Shown: positions 1 to 9,576, numbered from the stretch's first letter. The stretch: DNA of 35,260 nt from Candidatus Kuenenbacteria bacterium (GCA_012798565.1 JAAZMX010000034.1:1-35260); one strand, 5' to 3'. The notes: generated by a model from the sequence alone, not told the origin. A program made the numbers and translations.

Positions 1-137
1 CAAAGATCAAGACATATTAAACCGCGTTCCTGGTAATTTCTCATAAGATAAAATACATTAGAATTAACCTTTGATTTTACCCAAAACTTTTACTTTGGGC
101 AATTTATGGGTGTTACCTATGTATCTCATCTTCTGCA
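1..137 (-). mobile_element. IS-like terminal sequence, copy 1 (perfect inverted repeat of 35121-35257), truncated by the window edge
   Basis: 1-137 is the exact reverse complement of 35121-35257, and identity stops abruptly at TGCAGAAG. The end TG...GAGATACATAGGTAACAC resembles IS481-family termini from memory. No transposase lies within the window. Confidence 0.6.
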
Positions 138-195
138 GAGAGAAGTAAGGGAGGCGAAACAACCCAAAGCCTGGGCTGCGGATCAATTTAATAAA

Positions 196-220
196 GGAAG
201 GCACCCTTTGGGCGCCTTCA
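196..220 (-). terminator. Probable intrinsic terminator after the 81-aa ORF
   Basis: Minus strand reads GAAGGCGCCC-AAA-GGGTGCCTTC followed by CTTTATT, just past the stop at 225. Confidence 0.55.
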
Positions 221-224
221 TGTT

Positions 225-470
225 TTATTTTATACCGTTAAGTTCCTTTAATGTTTGCCAAAATTTTTCCCAATATTCATCGGGCGATACCCCTCTTCCA
301 CGAGAATGATCCAAGCTGGTAATGTCATCGAGGCTTCTTTGACAACGGTGACAATTGCTCAAATGTTTTTTGAGCCGAGAAAATTTAGGGTTGTCGTCCT
401 TGTCATTTGCTTCAACATATTCCCGAAGCTGTTGATGGCTAGGGTGCCTTGTTCTTTTCTGAGTAGGCAT
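225..470 (-). CDS. Small zinc-finger protein, zf-HC2/anti-sigma-like
   Basis: HPS..L..YV...KKHLSNCHRCQ carries the H...HxxxCxxC ZAS-type motif and is followed by a terminator hairpin. Confidence 0.6.
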   Translation of the reverse strand: MPTQKRTRHPSHQQLREYVEANDKDDNPKFSRLKKHLSNCHRCQRSLDDITSLDHSRGRGVSPDEYWEKFWQTLKELNGIK

Positions 471-557
471 ACAGAGTCCCTCCTGGTTAAAAGTTTTTTG
501 GTTTTTGGGATCTATGATGGGGTCGCTTACTGTTCGTTTTATATTTATTAAGGAAAG

Positions 558-1484
558 CTAGATAATTTTGATCGCTTCGCCAGCGACTGATTCCAGGAAA
601 TGGAAATGATAAAAGGCGGCCAGAAGTCCGAGGCCGATGACGAAGAGGCAGTGGATGATGATCGGTTTATGCTGGATTTTGATGCGGATGAAAATAGTCA
701 GGAGCAGGTTGATAGCGACAAAGACCAGAAGGAGAAGAAAGATTTTTTCCGCATAGTAAACAACAGTAGCGGTCAGGCCATGCTGGGTATCTTGGAAAGC
801 GACTTCCACTGTTTTGCCGCCGCTGACTTCGGTGACACCAGCTACGGCCGGCGCGACAGCCGTAGAGCCTTTGGCAAACTGTTCTTGGCCGGAACCAACA
901 TAGCTTTTGCCGAAGTGCTGGACGACAATAGTTGTTTCTCGGCCATTGATTTTGCCGACGGCAACGGCAATGCCGATTTCGGCGTAATTGCTATTCATGA
1001 TATTGGCTTTGTGTGTCGGGCTGTTCATCCAGGCAGTCATCGCTTCTTCGGCTTCGGAAAAATTCATAGCGAGGTTTTCGCCAGCGTAGGTATAGTTGTA
1101 GCCGGTCTGCTTGAACCATTCCCAAGGAGTGATGCCAGCGGGAGAATCATGGGCAAAGTAGTCATTAGCCAGCATATCCTTGGCTTTGAGGCTGGCGGAG
1201 TTATCCAAAGCGGTGTTGTGCATAAAGACAGGCAGACCAGCGGCAGCTCGTTCTTTGTTGGTGAGTTCGATGAGGCGGTTGGCAGTGACAGTAGAGAATT
1301 CGGCTTGGCTCGGAAAAGTGATAAAGAGCAGAACCGTGGTAAGAATTTTGCCAAATAAAATTAAGCCACTCAAAAAATTCAGGCTTTTGTGGCGCACCAG
1401 GTGCGGCTTATGGCCATTGGCTTCACAGGGGATGAAATAGTGATGCGTCTTTTTTTTGGGTTGACTCAAGAAATTTACTGACAC
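558..1484 (-). CDS. CAP (SCP/YkwD-like) domain membrane protein
   Basis: Motifs LTNKER, KAKDMLANDYFAHDSP, AGENLA and WMNSPTHKANI, with N- and C-terminal hydrophobic helices. Confidence 0.9.
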   Translation of the reverse strand: MSVNFLSQPKKKTHHYFIPCEANGHKPHLVRHKSLNFLSGLILFGKILTTVLLFITFPSQAEFSTVTANRLIELTNKERAAAGLPVFMHNTALDNSASLKAKDMLANDYFAHDSPAGITPWEWFKQTGYNYTYAGENLAMNFSEAEEAMTAWMNSPTHKANIMNSNYAEIGIAVAVGKINGRETTIVVQHFGKSYVGSGQEQFAKGSTAVAPAVAGVTEVSGGKTVEVAFQDTQHGLTATVVYYAEKIFLLLLVFVAINLLLTIFIRIKIQHKPIIIHCLFVIGLGLLAAFYHFHFLESVAGEAIKII

Positions 1485-1512
1485 AGTGGCGGTTGATTAG
1501 TTGATTGTTTTT

Positions 1513-1541
1513 ATTATAACACAAAAATAGAAAAACATCAA
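1513..1541 (-). promoter_or_regulatory. Putative sigma70 promoter of the CAP gene
   Basis: Minus strand TTGATG-17 nt-TATAAT with TGn extension. The -35 lies at the edge of the 8-bp repeat array. Confidence 0.55.
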
Positions 1542-1767
1542 AGCACGAGAACATTTAAGCATTTAAACATTTAAGCATTTAAACATTTAAGCACTTAAAC
1601 ACTTAAACACTAGAACATTAAATCATTAAAGCACTAAAGCACTAGAACATTAAAACATTAGGACACGAGAACATTTAAACATCTAAACATTTAAACATTA
1701 AAGCACAAAAACATAGAAATACTAGAACATAGAGCATAGAACACTAAAACATTAAAACATTAAAACA
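1533..1767 (+). repeat. Degenerate 8-bp tandem repeat array (about 29 units, CATTTAAA/CATTTAAG/CACTAGAA)
   Basis: Direct reading: catttaag catttaaa catttaag catttaaa catttaag cacttaaa cacttaaa cactagaa ... Confidence 0.9.
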
Positions 1768-1785
1768 AATAGATAAAAGTAATTT

Positions 1786-2907
1786 TTATATTTTCATGGA
1801 GAAGATTTTTTGCTGCGGTATATTTTGAGTCAGATTGGCAATATAGTTTTTAATTTGCTCTTCGAAACGCTTGGTAGAAAATTGCGAGGCATGGTCTTTG
1901 ATCAGCGCGGGGCGGTATTTTTCCGGCTGAAAACGAAGCAGACGATAAGCGAGGGATTCCCAGGTCTGCTCTTCAAAAAATTCGCCGGTCTGGCCGGGGA
2001 TGATCGTTTCCAGAGCGCCACCGGCTGCGAAAGCGATCACCGGCCGGCCACTAGCCATGGCTTCAACAGCCGTGATGCCAAAATCCTCTACCTGCGGATT
2101 GAGATAGGCGAGACAATCGGCATAAAGATTTTTTTTGATTTGGTCATCGACCGGACCGAGAAACTCAATATTTTTGAAGGCCATTTTTTGGAGTCGCTGT
2201 CTTTCCGGGCCGTCGCCGAAGATTTTCAGGGGCAGGCCGAGTTTATTGAAAGCGCGGATAGCCAGATCGTATTTTTTGTAAGCGACGAGGCGGCCGCCAG
2301 CGAGGTAATAGTTGCCGGGCTGGTTGGAAATAGCAAAGAAGTCGGTGTTGACCGGCGGATAGATGACCACGCTGTCGCGCTGGTAATATTTTTTGATGCG
2401 TTCCTGGACTACCCGGGAGTTGGCGATAAAATAGTCAATTTTTTGAGCGGCCAGAAAATCGAGGTGGCGGAGGCGCGGCAGAAATAAGGGGATGATTTTT
2501 TTGATGAAGCGGGGGTAATTCAATTCCTCAACATAAGAATCGGCATCGTGCCAGAGAAAGCGGGTGGGCGTGTGGCAATAGCAGATATGCAGGGAGTCCT
2601 CGGAGACCTGGATGTTTTTGGCAAAAGAGGAGGCGGAGCTGATGACGATGTCATAGTTTTTCAGGCGGTGGCGGCTGGCGGCCCAAGGCATTAGCGTCAA
2701 ATACCATTGGTAGTTGCGGTGGGACAAGGGCAGGTATTGGAGCCAAGTAGAATGGATTTTGTGTTCTGGAAAAATATCCCCAGCTTTGTTTTTATTATAG
2801 AGCAAAACAAAGATCGGGCTATTGGCATAAACCCGCTCCAGGCTGGAGAGCACTTTTTCAGCTCCGCCCAGTTGGATGAGATAATCATGGACGAGCGCGA
2901 TAGACAT
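1786..2907 (-). CDS. Glycosyltransferase family 4 (GT-B)
   Basis: IALVHDYL..GGAEKV, YCHTPTR and EDFGITAVEAMASGRPV (EX7E motif). Confidence 0.93.
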   Translation of the reverse strand: MSIALVHDYLIQLGGAEKVLSSLERVYANSPIFVLLYNKNKAGDIFPEHKIHSTWLQYLPLSHRNYQWYLTLMPWAASRHRLKNYDIVISSASSFAKNIQVSEDSLHICYCHTPTRFLWHDADSYVEELNYPRFIKKIIPLFLPRLRHLDFLAAQKIDYFIANSRVVQERIKKYYQRDSVVIYPPVNTDFFAISNQPGNYYLAGGRLVAYKKYDLAIRAFNKLGLPLKIFGDGPERQRLQKMAFKNIEFLGPVDDQIKKNLYADCLAYLNPQVEDFGITAVEAMASGRPVIAFAAGGALETIIPGQTGEFFEEQTWESLAYRLLRFQPEKYRPALIKDHASQFSTKRFEEQIKNYIANLTQNIPQQKIFSMKI

Positions 2908-2924
2908 GGCCTCATCTTAACACA

Positions 2925-2976
2925 AGAATATAAAAACACAAGAACATTTAAGCATATAAACATTTAAGCACTATAA
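2925..2976 (+). repeat. Short 8-bp repeat array (same family as 1533-1767)
   Basis: tataaaaa cacaagaa catttaag catataaa catttaag cactataa, overlapping the promoter region of the GT4 gene. Confidence 0.75.
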
Positions 2977-3005
2977 CAAAAAGGCCCTTTGGGAGGCCGT
3001 TTTTG
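2977..3005 (-). terminator. Intrinsic terminator
   Basis: Minus strand GGCCTCCC-AAA-GGGCC-TTTTTG after the stop of the 103-aa ORF. Confidence 0.55.
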
Positions 3006-3028
3006 GGGGGAATGATAAAATAGTAAGA

Positions 3029-3340
3029 TTATTTTTTGGTTGGTAGGCCGAGGGATTCATAGATAGCTTTTTGGGCGAATTCTTCAGTAATATTTTTTTC
3101 TTTGATAATTTGTTTGGCTAGGTTTCTAGCCTGCCAAGATTCTATTTTGTGGGGGCCACTTTCTTTGACCATTTTTATAATTTCTTGACGTTTATCGGGC
3201 GTTAGACAATGATAATCGTGTTTATTTAAGGATTCTTCAAAGGTTTTTGGGGTTACTATTGGGGGAGTTGTTTTTTGGGCTGACTGGGGAGCGGATTTAG
3301 AATTTGAGTCATTTTTTGGGTTTATTAAGGGTTGGGTCAA
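3029..3340 (-). CDS. Hypothetical protein
   Basis: 103-aa ORF co-oriented with its neighbours and followed by a terminator. No motif recognised. Confidence 0.6.
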   Translation of the reverse strand: MTQPLINPKNDSNSKSAPQSAQKTTPPIVTPKTFEESLNKHDYHCLTPDKRQEIIKMVKESGPHKIESWQARNLAKQIIKEKNITEEFAQKAIYESLGLPTKK

Positions 3341-3545
3341 GTAGACCTAGGACTTGAGTGGTGAATTTTTTTTGGTGTTTTGTTTGGCTATAGAGTCTTT
3401 CCAAAAAATTGCGCTGGCGAGGTTTTGTTGTCGCCTGCTGGGGGTTTAGCCGGTCGGGAAATTTTTGACCAGGAGGCTGATTAGTTTGAGATTTAGAGGG
3501 CATGCCACCCTTTAGAATTAGGTTGGATACTTGAAGGTGATCCAT
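3309..3545 (-). CDS. Small hypothetical protein
   Basis: 78-aa ORF with an AT-rich upstream (aataatATG) filling the gap after the GT4 gene. It overlaps the next ORF by 32 nt. Confidence 0.4.
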   Translation of the reverse strand: MDHLQVSNLILKGGMPSKSQTNQPPGQKFPDRLNPQQATTKPRQRNFLERLYSQTKHQKKFTTQVLGLLDPTLNKPKK

Positions 3546-3563
3546 ATTATTTTTTTAGATTAA

Positions 3564-4712
3564 TTATTTTTGGCCGACGATTTCGCGCCAGTAGGCGACG
3601 ACATTTTTGACGCTGGTGTCCCAGTCGTATTTTTGCCAAACATGCTGGTAGGCGTTGGCGCCCATTTGACGGGCGAGATTATCATCAGAGAGGAGTAGGA
3701 TTATTTTTTCCACCAGGCGTTTGGCATTATTGACGGGGGCAAGCCAGCCGGTTTGTCCGTTTATGATGATCTCTTTGGCGCCGGTGGTGGCGGAAGCGAC
3801 AGTCGGTTTGCCGGCGGCCGCAGCTTCCAAGATGACTTTACCAAAACTTTCATGGCGCGAGGGCAGGACAAAGATATCGGCGGCGTGAAAGTAATTTAAC
3901 AGCCCCTGATAATTTATTTGTCCGAGTAATTTGACATTATTGGCCAATTGCCGGGCAGTGATTAATTTTTCAAGCTGGCTTTTTTCCGGGCCGTCGCCGG
4001 CGATAAGGAGAGTGGTCCGAGGGTAATGACGGACTACATTTTGGAAACATTTGAGCAGGGAGGGTAGATTTTTTTCGGTGGTGAGCCGACCGACAAAGAG
4101 CAGAATTTTTTGGCCGGCAAATTCATTTCTAATACTCAAAACAGCTTGGCTGTCCGGGGTTTTAAAATTTTCCAGATTGACTGGGGTGGGGATAACAGCA
4201 ATAGGCAGATCAAATCCGGCGCGAAGTAACTTTTTCTTGATACCTGAAGAAACCACGCGCAGGGCATCGGCCTTTTTGATGGTTAGTTTGCTCAAAGCCA
4301 AGAGGCCGAGACGCAAGGGATTTTCCTGAAGCCAGTAAGGATTGGCCCAGAAGTCGCCATGAAAATCAATAAGCAGCTTGGAGCCGTATTTTTTTTTGAG
4401 ACGATAGCCGGCTAGGCCGGTAAAGAAAGGATCCTGGCAAACGATAAGGTCGTAGTGATTGCCTCGGAAAAGGTCGGTAGCCACGGCGAGGATATTTTTG
4501 GGATAAGAGTAGGCCCAGGCAGAGGCTTTGGTGGGATAGCTAGAGACCCGGGGCGAGAGAGCCAGGGGTTGAAAGTTTCCTTTTTTTACTAAAACAATAA
4601 TGGACAATCGTTCGATCAATTGTCCATAAGCGCAGTGGCGAGAGACAGTATCGCCAGTGCTGGTTTTGGCCCCCAGAAGGGCGAGATCATTGGAGAGTAG
4701 CAAGACTTTCAT
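3564..4712 (-). CDS. Glycosyltransferase family 4 (GT-B)
   Basis: LFVGRL..EKN, GDGPE and ESFGKVILEAAAAGKP motifs. Confidence 0.93.
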   Translation of the reverse strand: MKVLLLSNDLALLGAKTSTGDTVSRHCAYGQLIERLSIIVLVKKGNFQPLALSPRVSSYPTKASAWAYSYPKNILAVATDLFRGNHYDLIVCQDPFFTGLAGYRLKKKYGSKLLIDFHGDFWANPYWLQENPLRLGLLALSKLTIKKADALRVVSSGIKKKLLRAGFDLPIAVIPTPVNLENFKTPDSQAVLSIRNEFAGQKILLFVGRLTTEKNLPSLLKCFQNVVRHYPRTTLLIAGDGPEKSQLEKLITARQLANNVKLLGQINYQGLLNYFHAADIFVLPSRHESFGKVILEAAAAGKPTVASATTGAKEIIINGQTGWLAPVNNAKRLVEKIILLLSDDNLARQMGANAYQHVWQKYDWDTSVKNVVAYWREIVGQK

Positions 4713-4714
4713 AA

Positions 4715-5083
4715 TTAGGCCAGAGATTTTATTTTTTCTACCAAATCGGAGATGCTATAGTCAATTTTGGTCAGATAGTCTTTGGCGCCCAATTCCAAGC
4801 CTTTTAGGCGGCTATCATCATCGGACAGATTGGAGATGATGACGACGGGAATATTTTTGGTGGCTTTGTTGGCTTTGATTTTTTTGAGCAGTTCCCAGCC
4901 GTCTATTTTGGGCAGGATAATATCCAAGACAATAATATCCGGTTTTTCCTTGAAGATTAAAGGCAGGGCTTTTTCGCCATCGGCGGCGGTCATAGTTTCC
5001 ATCCCGGCGACGCTCAATTGCGACTGCAGGGCGTATAAGAGCGAGGCCTCATCTTCGATGATGAGTATTTTTTTGCGGTTCAT
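4715..5083 (-). CDS. Single-domain response regulator (receiver only)
   Basis: ILIIEDE, PDIIVLDIILPKIDG (phospho-acceptor Asp), ISN and GAKDYLTK. Confidence 0.93.
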   Translation of the reverse strand: MNRKKILIIEDEASLLYALQSQLSVAGMETMTAADGEKALPLIFKEKPDIIVLDIILPKIDGWELLKKIKANKATKNIPVVIISNLSDDDSRLKGLELGAKDYLTKIDYSISDLVEKIKSLA

Positions 5084-5164
5084 AGGCGTAGTATTATTTA
5101 AAGATCAATTTAACTATAGCATTTTTTTACCAAAAATAAAATATATGATATACTAATTACAGTT

Positions 5165-6163
5165 ATGAAAAAAATGGAAAAAGAAACAATTAAGCCTGAG
5201 AGTAGCGAGGGGCTACCCTCGCCTGAGCGCCTACCGGCCGAGGTAGAAAAGACAAAGTTTTGGGAAAACCCATCTTTTTTATTTGTGGCAATGGGCGTTT
5301 TGACAATGACCGCCATGATCGGCACTTATTTTGTGGCACAGAAATATAATGACCCGATTATTGTGATTGGCAGCGTGTCTCTGGTGGCTGGCATCACTAT
5401 TCTGATTGGCGGCATGGCCATTAAAGCGATGGAGCAGCTGTCCGCGGCCAATCGGATGAAAACCGAGTTTGTGTCAATTGCTTCGCACCAGCTTCGAACT
5501 CCCCTGTCGATTATCAAATGGTATGTGGAATTCTTGGCCCAAAAGAACAAGCAAGCCAATTTGACGCCGGAACAGATAAATTACCTAAAGATTATCAGTG
5601 ATTCCAACCAGCGGATGATCAGATTGGTCAATGATTTATTGGATATTTCTAGGATAGAGGGGAAGCGTATCCAGATTCACCCGGAGAAGGTCAGTCTGGT
5701 GGAGTTGAGCAAGAATATTATTCAAGAGAATCAACCCTTAGCGGATAAAAAGAATATCAAGGTAAGCATCAAAAGCGATGATAATATTCCTCTGCTTTTT
5801 GTCGATCCCAAAAGAATCAGCATGGTAGTGGAAAATCTTTTTTCCAACGCGGTGAAATATATAAAAGAAGAGAATGGCGGGACAATTTCCGTGGAGATTT
5901 TCCGGGAAGATAGTAAGATTATTTTCAGTATCGCCGACAACGGGGTAGGTATCCCGGACAAGGACAAGAAGAAGATATTTAAAAAGTTTTTCCGGGCGGA
6001 GAATACCATGAAACTGCAGACCAGCGGGACAGGCCTGGGCCTATTTATTGCCAAAGCGATCATAGAGTCGCATAAAGGCACAATGTGGTTTGTGTCCAAA
6101 GAGGGCGAGGGGACGACGTTTTATTTCAAATTGCCGATCAAGAGCCGGGGGTTTGAAGAGTAG
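5165..6163 (+). CDS. Membrane sensor histidine kinase (HisKA + HATPase_c)
   Basis: H-box SHQLRTPL, N-box NLFSNAVKY, G1 DNGVGI, F-box FKKFF and G2 GTGLGL, with two N-terminal TM helices and a very short loop. Confidence 0.95.
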   Translation: MKKMEKETIKPESSEGLPSPERLPAEVEKTKFWENPSFLFVAMGVLTMTAMIGTYFVAQKYNDPIIVIGSVSLVAGITILIGGMAIKAMEQLSAANRMKTEFVSIASHQLRTPLSIIKWYVEFLAQKNKQANLTPEQINYLKIISDSNQRMIRLVNDLLDISRIEGKRIQIHPEKVSLVELSKNIIQENQPLADKKNIKVSIKSDDNIPLLFVDPKRISMVVENLFSNAVKYIKEENGGTISVEIFREDSKIIFSIADNGVGIPDKDKKKIFKKFFRAENTMKLQTSGTGLGLFIAKAIIESHKGTMWFVSKEGEGTTFYFKLPIKSRGFEE

Positions 6164-6198
6164 AAAAGGAAAGTCTAATTTGATTTTTATTATAATAG

Positions 6199-6282
6199 AA
6201 AATACCCGAGCCGAAGCCAGGGTATTTTTTTATTAACTAAAAAATGCTTATTGGGCAAGCGAGCTTAATAAGCATTTTTTAA
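6199..6282. terminator. Two bidirectional terminator hairpins between the convergent HK and secY genes
   Basis: AAATACCC...GGGTATTTTTT and AAAAAATGCTTATT...AATAAGCATTTTTT. Confidence 0.75.
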
Positions 6283-6308
6283 GTTACAGTTTGGTTTTTT
6301 GAATCAAT

Positions 6309-7589
6309 TTAGAATTCGTCGTAGTTGCGCATTTCCAGCTGAGATTCAATCTGTTTGACGGTTTCAATGACCACGGAAACGACGATTAAAAGCGAGGCGC
6401 CGGAAACAACCATGCTGCTGACGCCGGTTAGGGGGCCGATGATCAAAGGCAAAACAGCGATGAGGCCCAAAGACAATGAGCCGGCCAACATAATACGATT
6501 GCTGACACTACCCAAATATTCAGCGGTTTGGCGGCCGGGACGCATGCCAGGTACGAAACCACCTTGTTTTTGGAGGTTATCAGCAATTTGTTGGGGGTGG
6601 AAGATAACAGCCGTGTAGAAGTAGGTGAAACCAACAACCAGAAAGAAATAAAGCAATCCGTAAAATATTTGGTTTTGGAAGGCTCGGCCAATAAATTCGG
6701 CCACAGAAACGATGAGGTGGTTGCTGGATCGACTGGCCAACTGGGCGATGAGGTTGGGGATCATGATTAAAGAAACCGCAAAGATGATCGGGATCATGCC
6801 TGCTTGGTTGACCTTGAGGGGCAGATGACTGTCAAAACCGCCATACATCCTGGTGCCGCGGACACGTTTGGCATAGGAAACAGGAATATTTCTCTGCGCT
6901 TCCGTGATATAGACGACACCGGCAACAGTAGCTATGGCGATTACCAAGAAAACAGCGATGTTCAAGATTTGTTCCATTTGAAAAGTGGCCAGAGTGCGCT
7001 GGACGGCTGAGGGCATGCCGGAAACGATGCCGGCGAAGATAAGCAGAGAAATGCCATTGCCGATTTTTTTCTCAGAGATCAGCTCGCCGAGCCACATCAG
7101 AAAGATGGTGCCAGCGGTAAGAATGGTAATGATTGTCAGATAGTCGGCGGTTGACAGGACGGGCAAAATATCGCGCGAAGATTGCTGTAAGAGCTTGATA
7201 GTGCTGTAGCCTTGCAGAAAAGCCAGAGGAACAGTTAAAAGCCGGGTGTACTGGTTGATTCTTTTTTGTCCAGATTCACCTTCTTTCATCATTTCTTCCA
7301 AGCTGGGGACGATCATCGCCAAAAGCTGAAAGATAATGGAAGCGGTGATATAAGGGCCGATACCCAGAGCGACAATAGAGAAGTTGGATAGGCCGCCGCC
7401 GGAAAAGATATTTAAAAGTCCTAAAACTTCATTGTCGGCAAAAAAGTTTTTTAGAGCGATGGCGTCAACGCCAGGAATGGGAATATGGGCGGAGATCCGG
7501 AAGACAACTAAAAGACCGAGAACAAAGAGGATTTTTTTTCTCAATTCTCGATCTTTGAAGATTCGGATTAGCTTTTCCGCAAATTTCAT
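6309..7589 (-). CDS. secY: Preprotein translocase subunit SecY
   Basis: FSIVALGIGPYITASII, IGNGISLLIFAGI and GGFVPGMRPG. Start placed at the ATG at 7589 (MKFAEK). Confidence 0.98.
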   Translation of the reverse strand: MKFAEKLIRIFKDRELRKKILFVLGLLVVFRISAHIPIPGVDAIALKNFFADNEVLGLLNIFSGGGLSNFSIVALGIGPYITASIIFQLLAMIVPSLEEMMKEGESGQKRINQYTRLLTVPLAFLQGYSTIKLLQQSSRDILPVLSTADYLTIITILTAGTIFLMWLGELISEKKIGNGISLLIFAGIVSGMPSAVQRTLATFQMEQILNIAVFLVIAIATVAGVVYITEAQRNIPVSYAKRVRGTRMYGGFDSHLPLKVNQAGMIPIIFAVSLIMIPNLIAQLASRSSNHLIVSVAEFIGRAFQNQIFYGLLYFFLVVGFTYFYTAVIFHPQQIADNLQKQGGFVPGMRPGRQTAEYLGSVSNRIMLAGSLSLGLIAVLPLIIGPLTGVSSMVVSGASLLIVVSVVIETVKQIESQLEMRNYDEF

Positions 7590-7633
7590 AGGCAGGTTAG
7601 TAGTAATAAAAGAAACAACGGCCCCCAAAGGGC

Positions 7634-8119
7634 TTATTGGGTTGCTGGGGCGGTTTTTTTGACGGTTTTTTCTTTGGCGACCGGCAAGAGGATCTCGCCA
7701 CCGGCTTTTTTGATTTTTTCGGCGGCCGCGGCGCTGGCGAGACAGTCGGCTAATTTAATTTTAATATTAAGCTGGCCATCAGACAAGACCTTGGCCCGGT
7801 TTTGGGCGCTGGGGATAATCTTTTTGGCAGCCAAACTGGCCGGAGAAACAGTATCGTCGTTTTGAAAATTTTTATTGATTATTGATAAAGAAACAATGGC
7901 GGGTTTTTTGACCAATGATTGAAAGCCGCGGAGTTTGTGAGTGCGTTCCATGAGCTGGCGCAGGCCGAGTCTTTTTAGGCCGCTTTTGCCACCAGAGCGG
8001 GCTTTTTGGCCTTTCATGCCACGGCCAGAATAACTACCGCGTTTGCCGCCACGGCCGATGGTTTTGGCGCGGCGTTTGGAACCCGGGGCTGGTTTTAGGT
8101 TGGATAAATTGAGAGCCAT
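7634..8119 (-). CDS. rplO: 50S ribosomal protein L15
   Basis: GRGGKRGSYSGRGMKGQKARSG and its position before secY. Confidence 0.97.
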   Translation of the reverse strand: MALNLSNLKPAPGSKRRAKTIGRGGKRGSYSGRGMKGQKARSGGKSGLKRLGLRQLMERTHKLRGFQSLVKKPAIVSLSIINKNFQNDDTVSPASLAAKKIIPSAQNRAKVLSDGQLNIKIKLADCLASAAAAEKIKKAGGEILLPVAKEKTVKKTAPATQ

Positions 8120-8129
8120 AGGAATAAGA

Positions 8130-8621
8130 TTATTGATTCATTTTTTTCAGAGCGTAATAAACCGCTTTCACATTGTTGACTTTATTGTGCGAACCGATAA
8201 TTTTGGCGACCACATCGCGATAGCCAGCCAGTTCGAGAACAATGCGGACCACGCCGCCAGCAATAATCCCGCGGCCTTTTCTGCCCGGGCGAATCATAAC
8301 TTCAGCGGCCTTAAATTTTTCTTGGACGGCATAGGGGATAGTGCCGGTTTTAATATTAATTTTGAGCATTCTTTTTTTGGCTTGAGCGACAGCTTTATTG
8401 ATGGCAATGGTAGTATCAGCACCTTTGGCAACGCCAAAACTCACTTGCCCGGCTTTGTCGCCGATGACGATACAGGCGCGAAAGTTCATGCGTTTGCCGC
8501 CCTTGGTCACGCGGGTAACGCGCGCTAAATCAACTAGCTTTTGATCCAGGTTGGAATCTTCCTCGGGTTTTCTTTTGCGCGGTCGCGGCCCATTATTTTT
8601 GTGCTCTGTTTTAGGATTCAT
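8130..8621 (-). CDS. rpsE: 30S ribosomal protein S5
   Basis: RVTRVTKGGKRMNFRA and GIIAGG. Confidence 0.97.
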   Translation of the reverse strand: MNPKTEHKNNGPRPRKRKPEEDSNLDQKLVDLARVTRVTKGGKRMNFRACIVIGDKAGQVSFGVAKGADTTIAINKAVAQAKKRMLKINIKTGTIPYAVQEKFKAAEVMIRPGRKGRGIIAGGVVRIVLELAGYRDVVAKIIGSHNKVNNVKAVYYALKKMNQ

Positions 8622-8639
8622 AGGATTAAATCAATTTAC

Positions 8640-8999
8640 TTAAAATTTTAAACCACCTTGTCTGGCGCCATCAGCCACTGCTTTTATTCGACCATGATAT
8701 TGGCGGCCGCCGCGATCAAAGACGCAGGTAGTGATACCCTTGGCCAGGGCTTTTTGGGCCAGGTTTTCGCCAGCGGTAAAAGCAATGGCGGTTTTGGTAG
8801 CCTTTTGGGCAAGGGTTTTACTATGAAGACTGATGAGGGTGCGTCCAGTTTGGTCATCAATCAGCTGTAAAAAGACACTCTTTAGACTTTTAGAGACTGA
8901 CAAACGGGGTCGATCCGCAGTGCCAAATATTTTGGCCCGGACACGTTTCTGGCGGCGGGCGAGTGAGGCTTGTTTGATTTGCTGGTAGTTCTTTTTCAT
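8640..8999 (-). CDS. rplR: 50S ribosomal protein L18
   Basis: RPRLSV and VFDRGGRQYHGRIKAVADGARQGGLKF. Confidence 0.97.
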   Translation of the reverse strand: MKKNYQQIKQASLARRQKRVRAKIFGTADRPRLSVSKSLKSVFLQLIDDQTGRTLISLHSKTLAQKATKTAIAFTAGENLAQKALAKGITTCVFDRGGRQYHGRIKAVADGARQGGLKF

Positions 9000-9020
9000 A
9001 TTTAATAAAATTAGAGGGTG

Positions 9021-9566
9021 CTAGCTGGATGATTTAACTTGTTTGCCGGCTTTTCTCAAGACTACTTCGTCAATATATCTAATACCTTTGCCTTTATAGG
9101 GCTCAGGCTTTCTAACTTTTCTGATGTTGGCGGCGGTTTCACCAAGCAATTCTTTATTAATAGATTCTAGGGTGATAATATTTTTGTCAACCGAGCCAGT
9201 GATGCCGACCGGCAATTTGAATTCCACCGGATGGGAATAGCCCACAGAAAGCACTAGGATTTGGCCTTTTATTTCTGCTTTATAGCCAACGCCTTTGATT
9301 TCGAGCTGTTGGCGATAACCGACGGAAACGCCAGTAATAGTATTGGCGACAACCTGTCTCATGGTGCCCCAAAGGGCGCGATCGGTTAAATTGTTTTTGT
9401 CGGTAATCGATAAGACAATCTCATTATCTTTTTGTTTAATCTGAACACGAGGATTGACACGATATGATAATTCACCTTTGGGGCCTTTGGCCTTGAAGTC
9501 GTGTCCCAGGAGGGTGACGGTAACGCCGGTGGGAATAGTAATTGGTTTTTTGCCGATGCGGGACAT
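9021..9566 (-). CDS. rplF: 50S ribosomal protein L6
   Basis: MSRIGKKPI start at 9566 and RKPEPYKGKGIRY. Confidence 0.98.
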   Translation of the reverse strand: MSRIGKKPITIPTGVTVTLLGHDFKAKGPKGELSYRVNPRVQIKQKDNEIVLSITDKNNLTDRALWGTMRQVVANTITGVSVGYRQQLEIKGVGYKAEIKGQILVLSVGYSHPVEFKLPVGITGSVDKNIITLESINKELLGETAANIRKVRKPEPYKGKGIRYIDEVVLRKAGKQVKSSS

Positions 9567-9576
9567 AGAGGTATGA

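Noticed and set aside
106-309. ORFs 106-309(+) and 34673-35152(-), both starting MGVTYVSHLL
   Set aside because: The shared start is only the 137-bp inverted repeat read inward. They diverge at its boundary and overlap real genes on the opposite strand.
1533-1767. CRISPR array
   Set aside because: The unit is 8 bp and contiguous, with no unique spacers and no cas genes.
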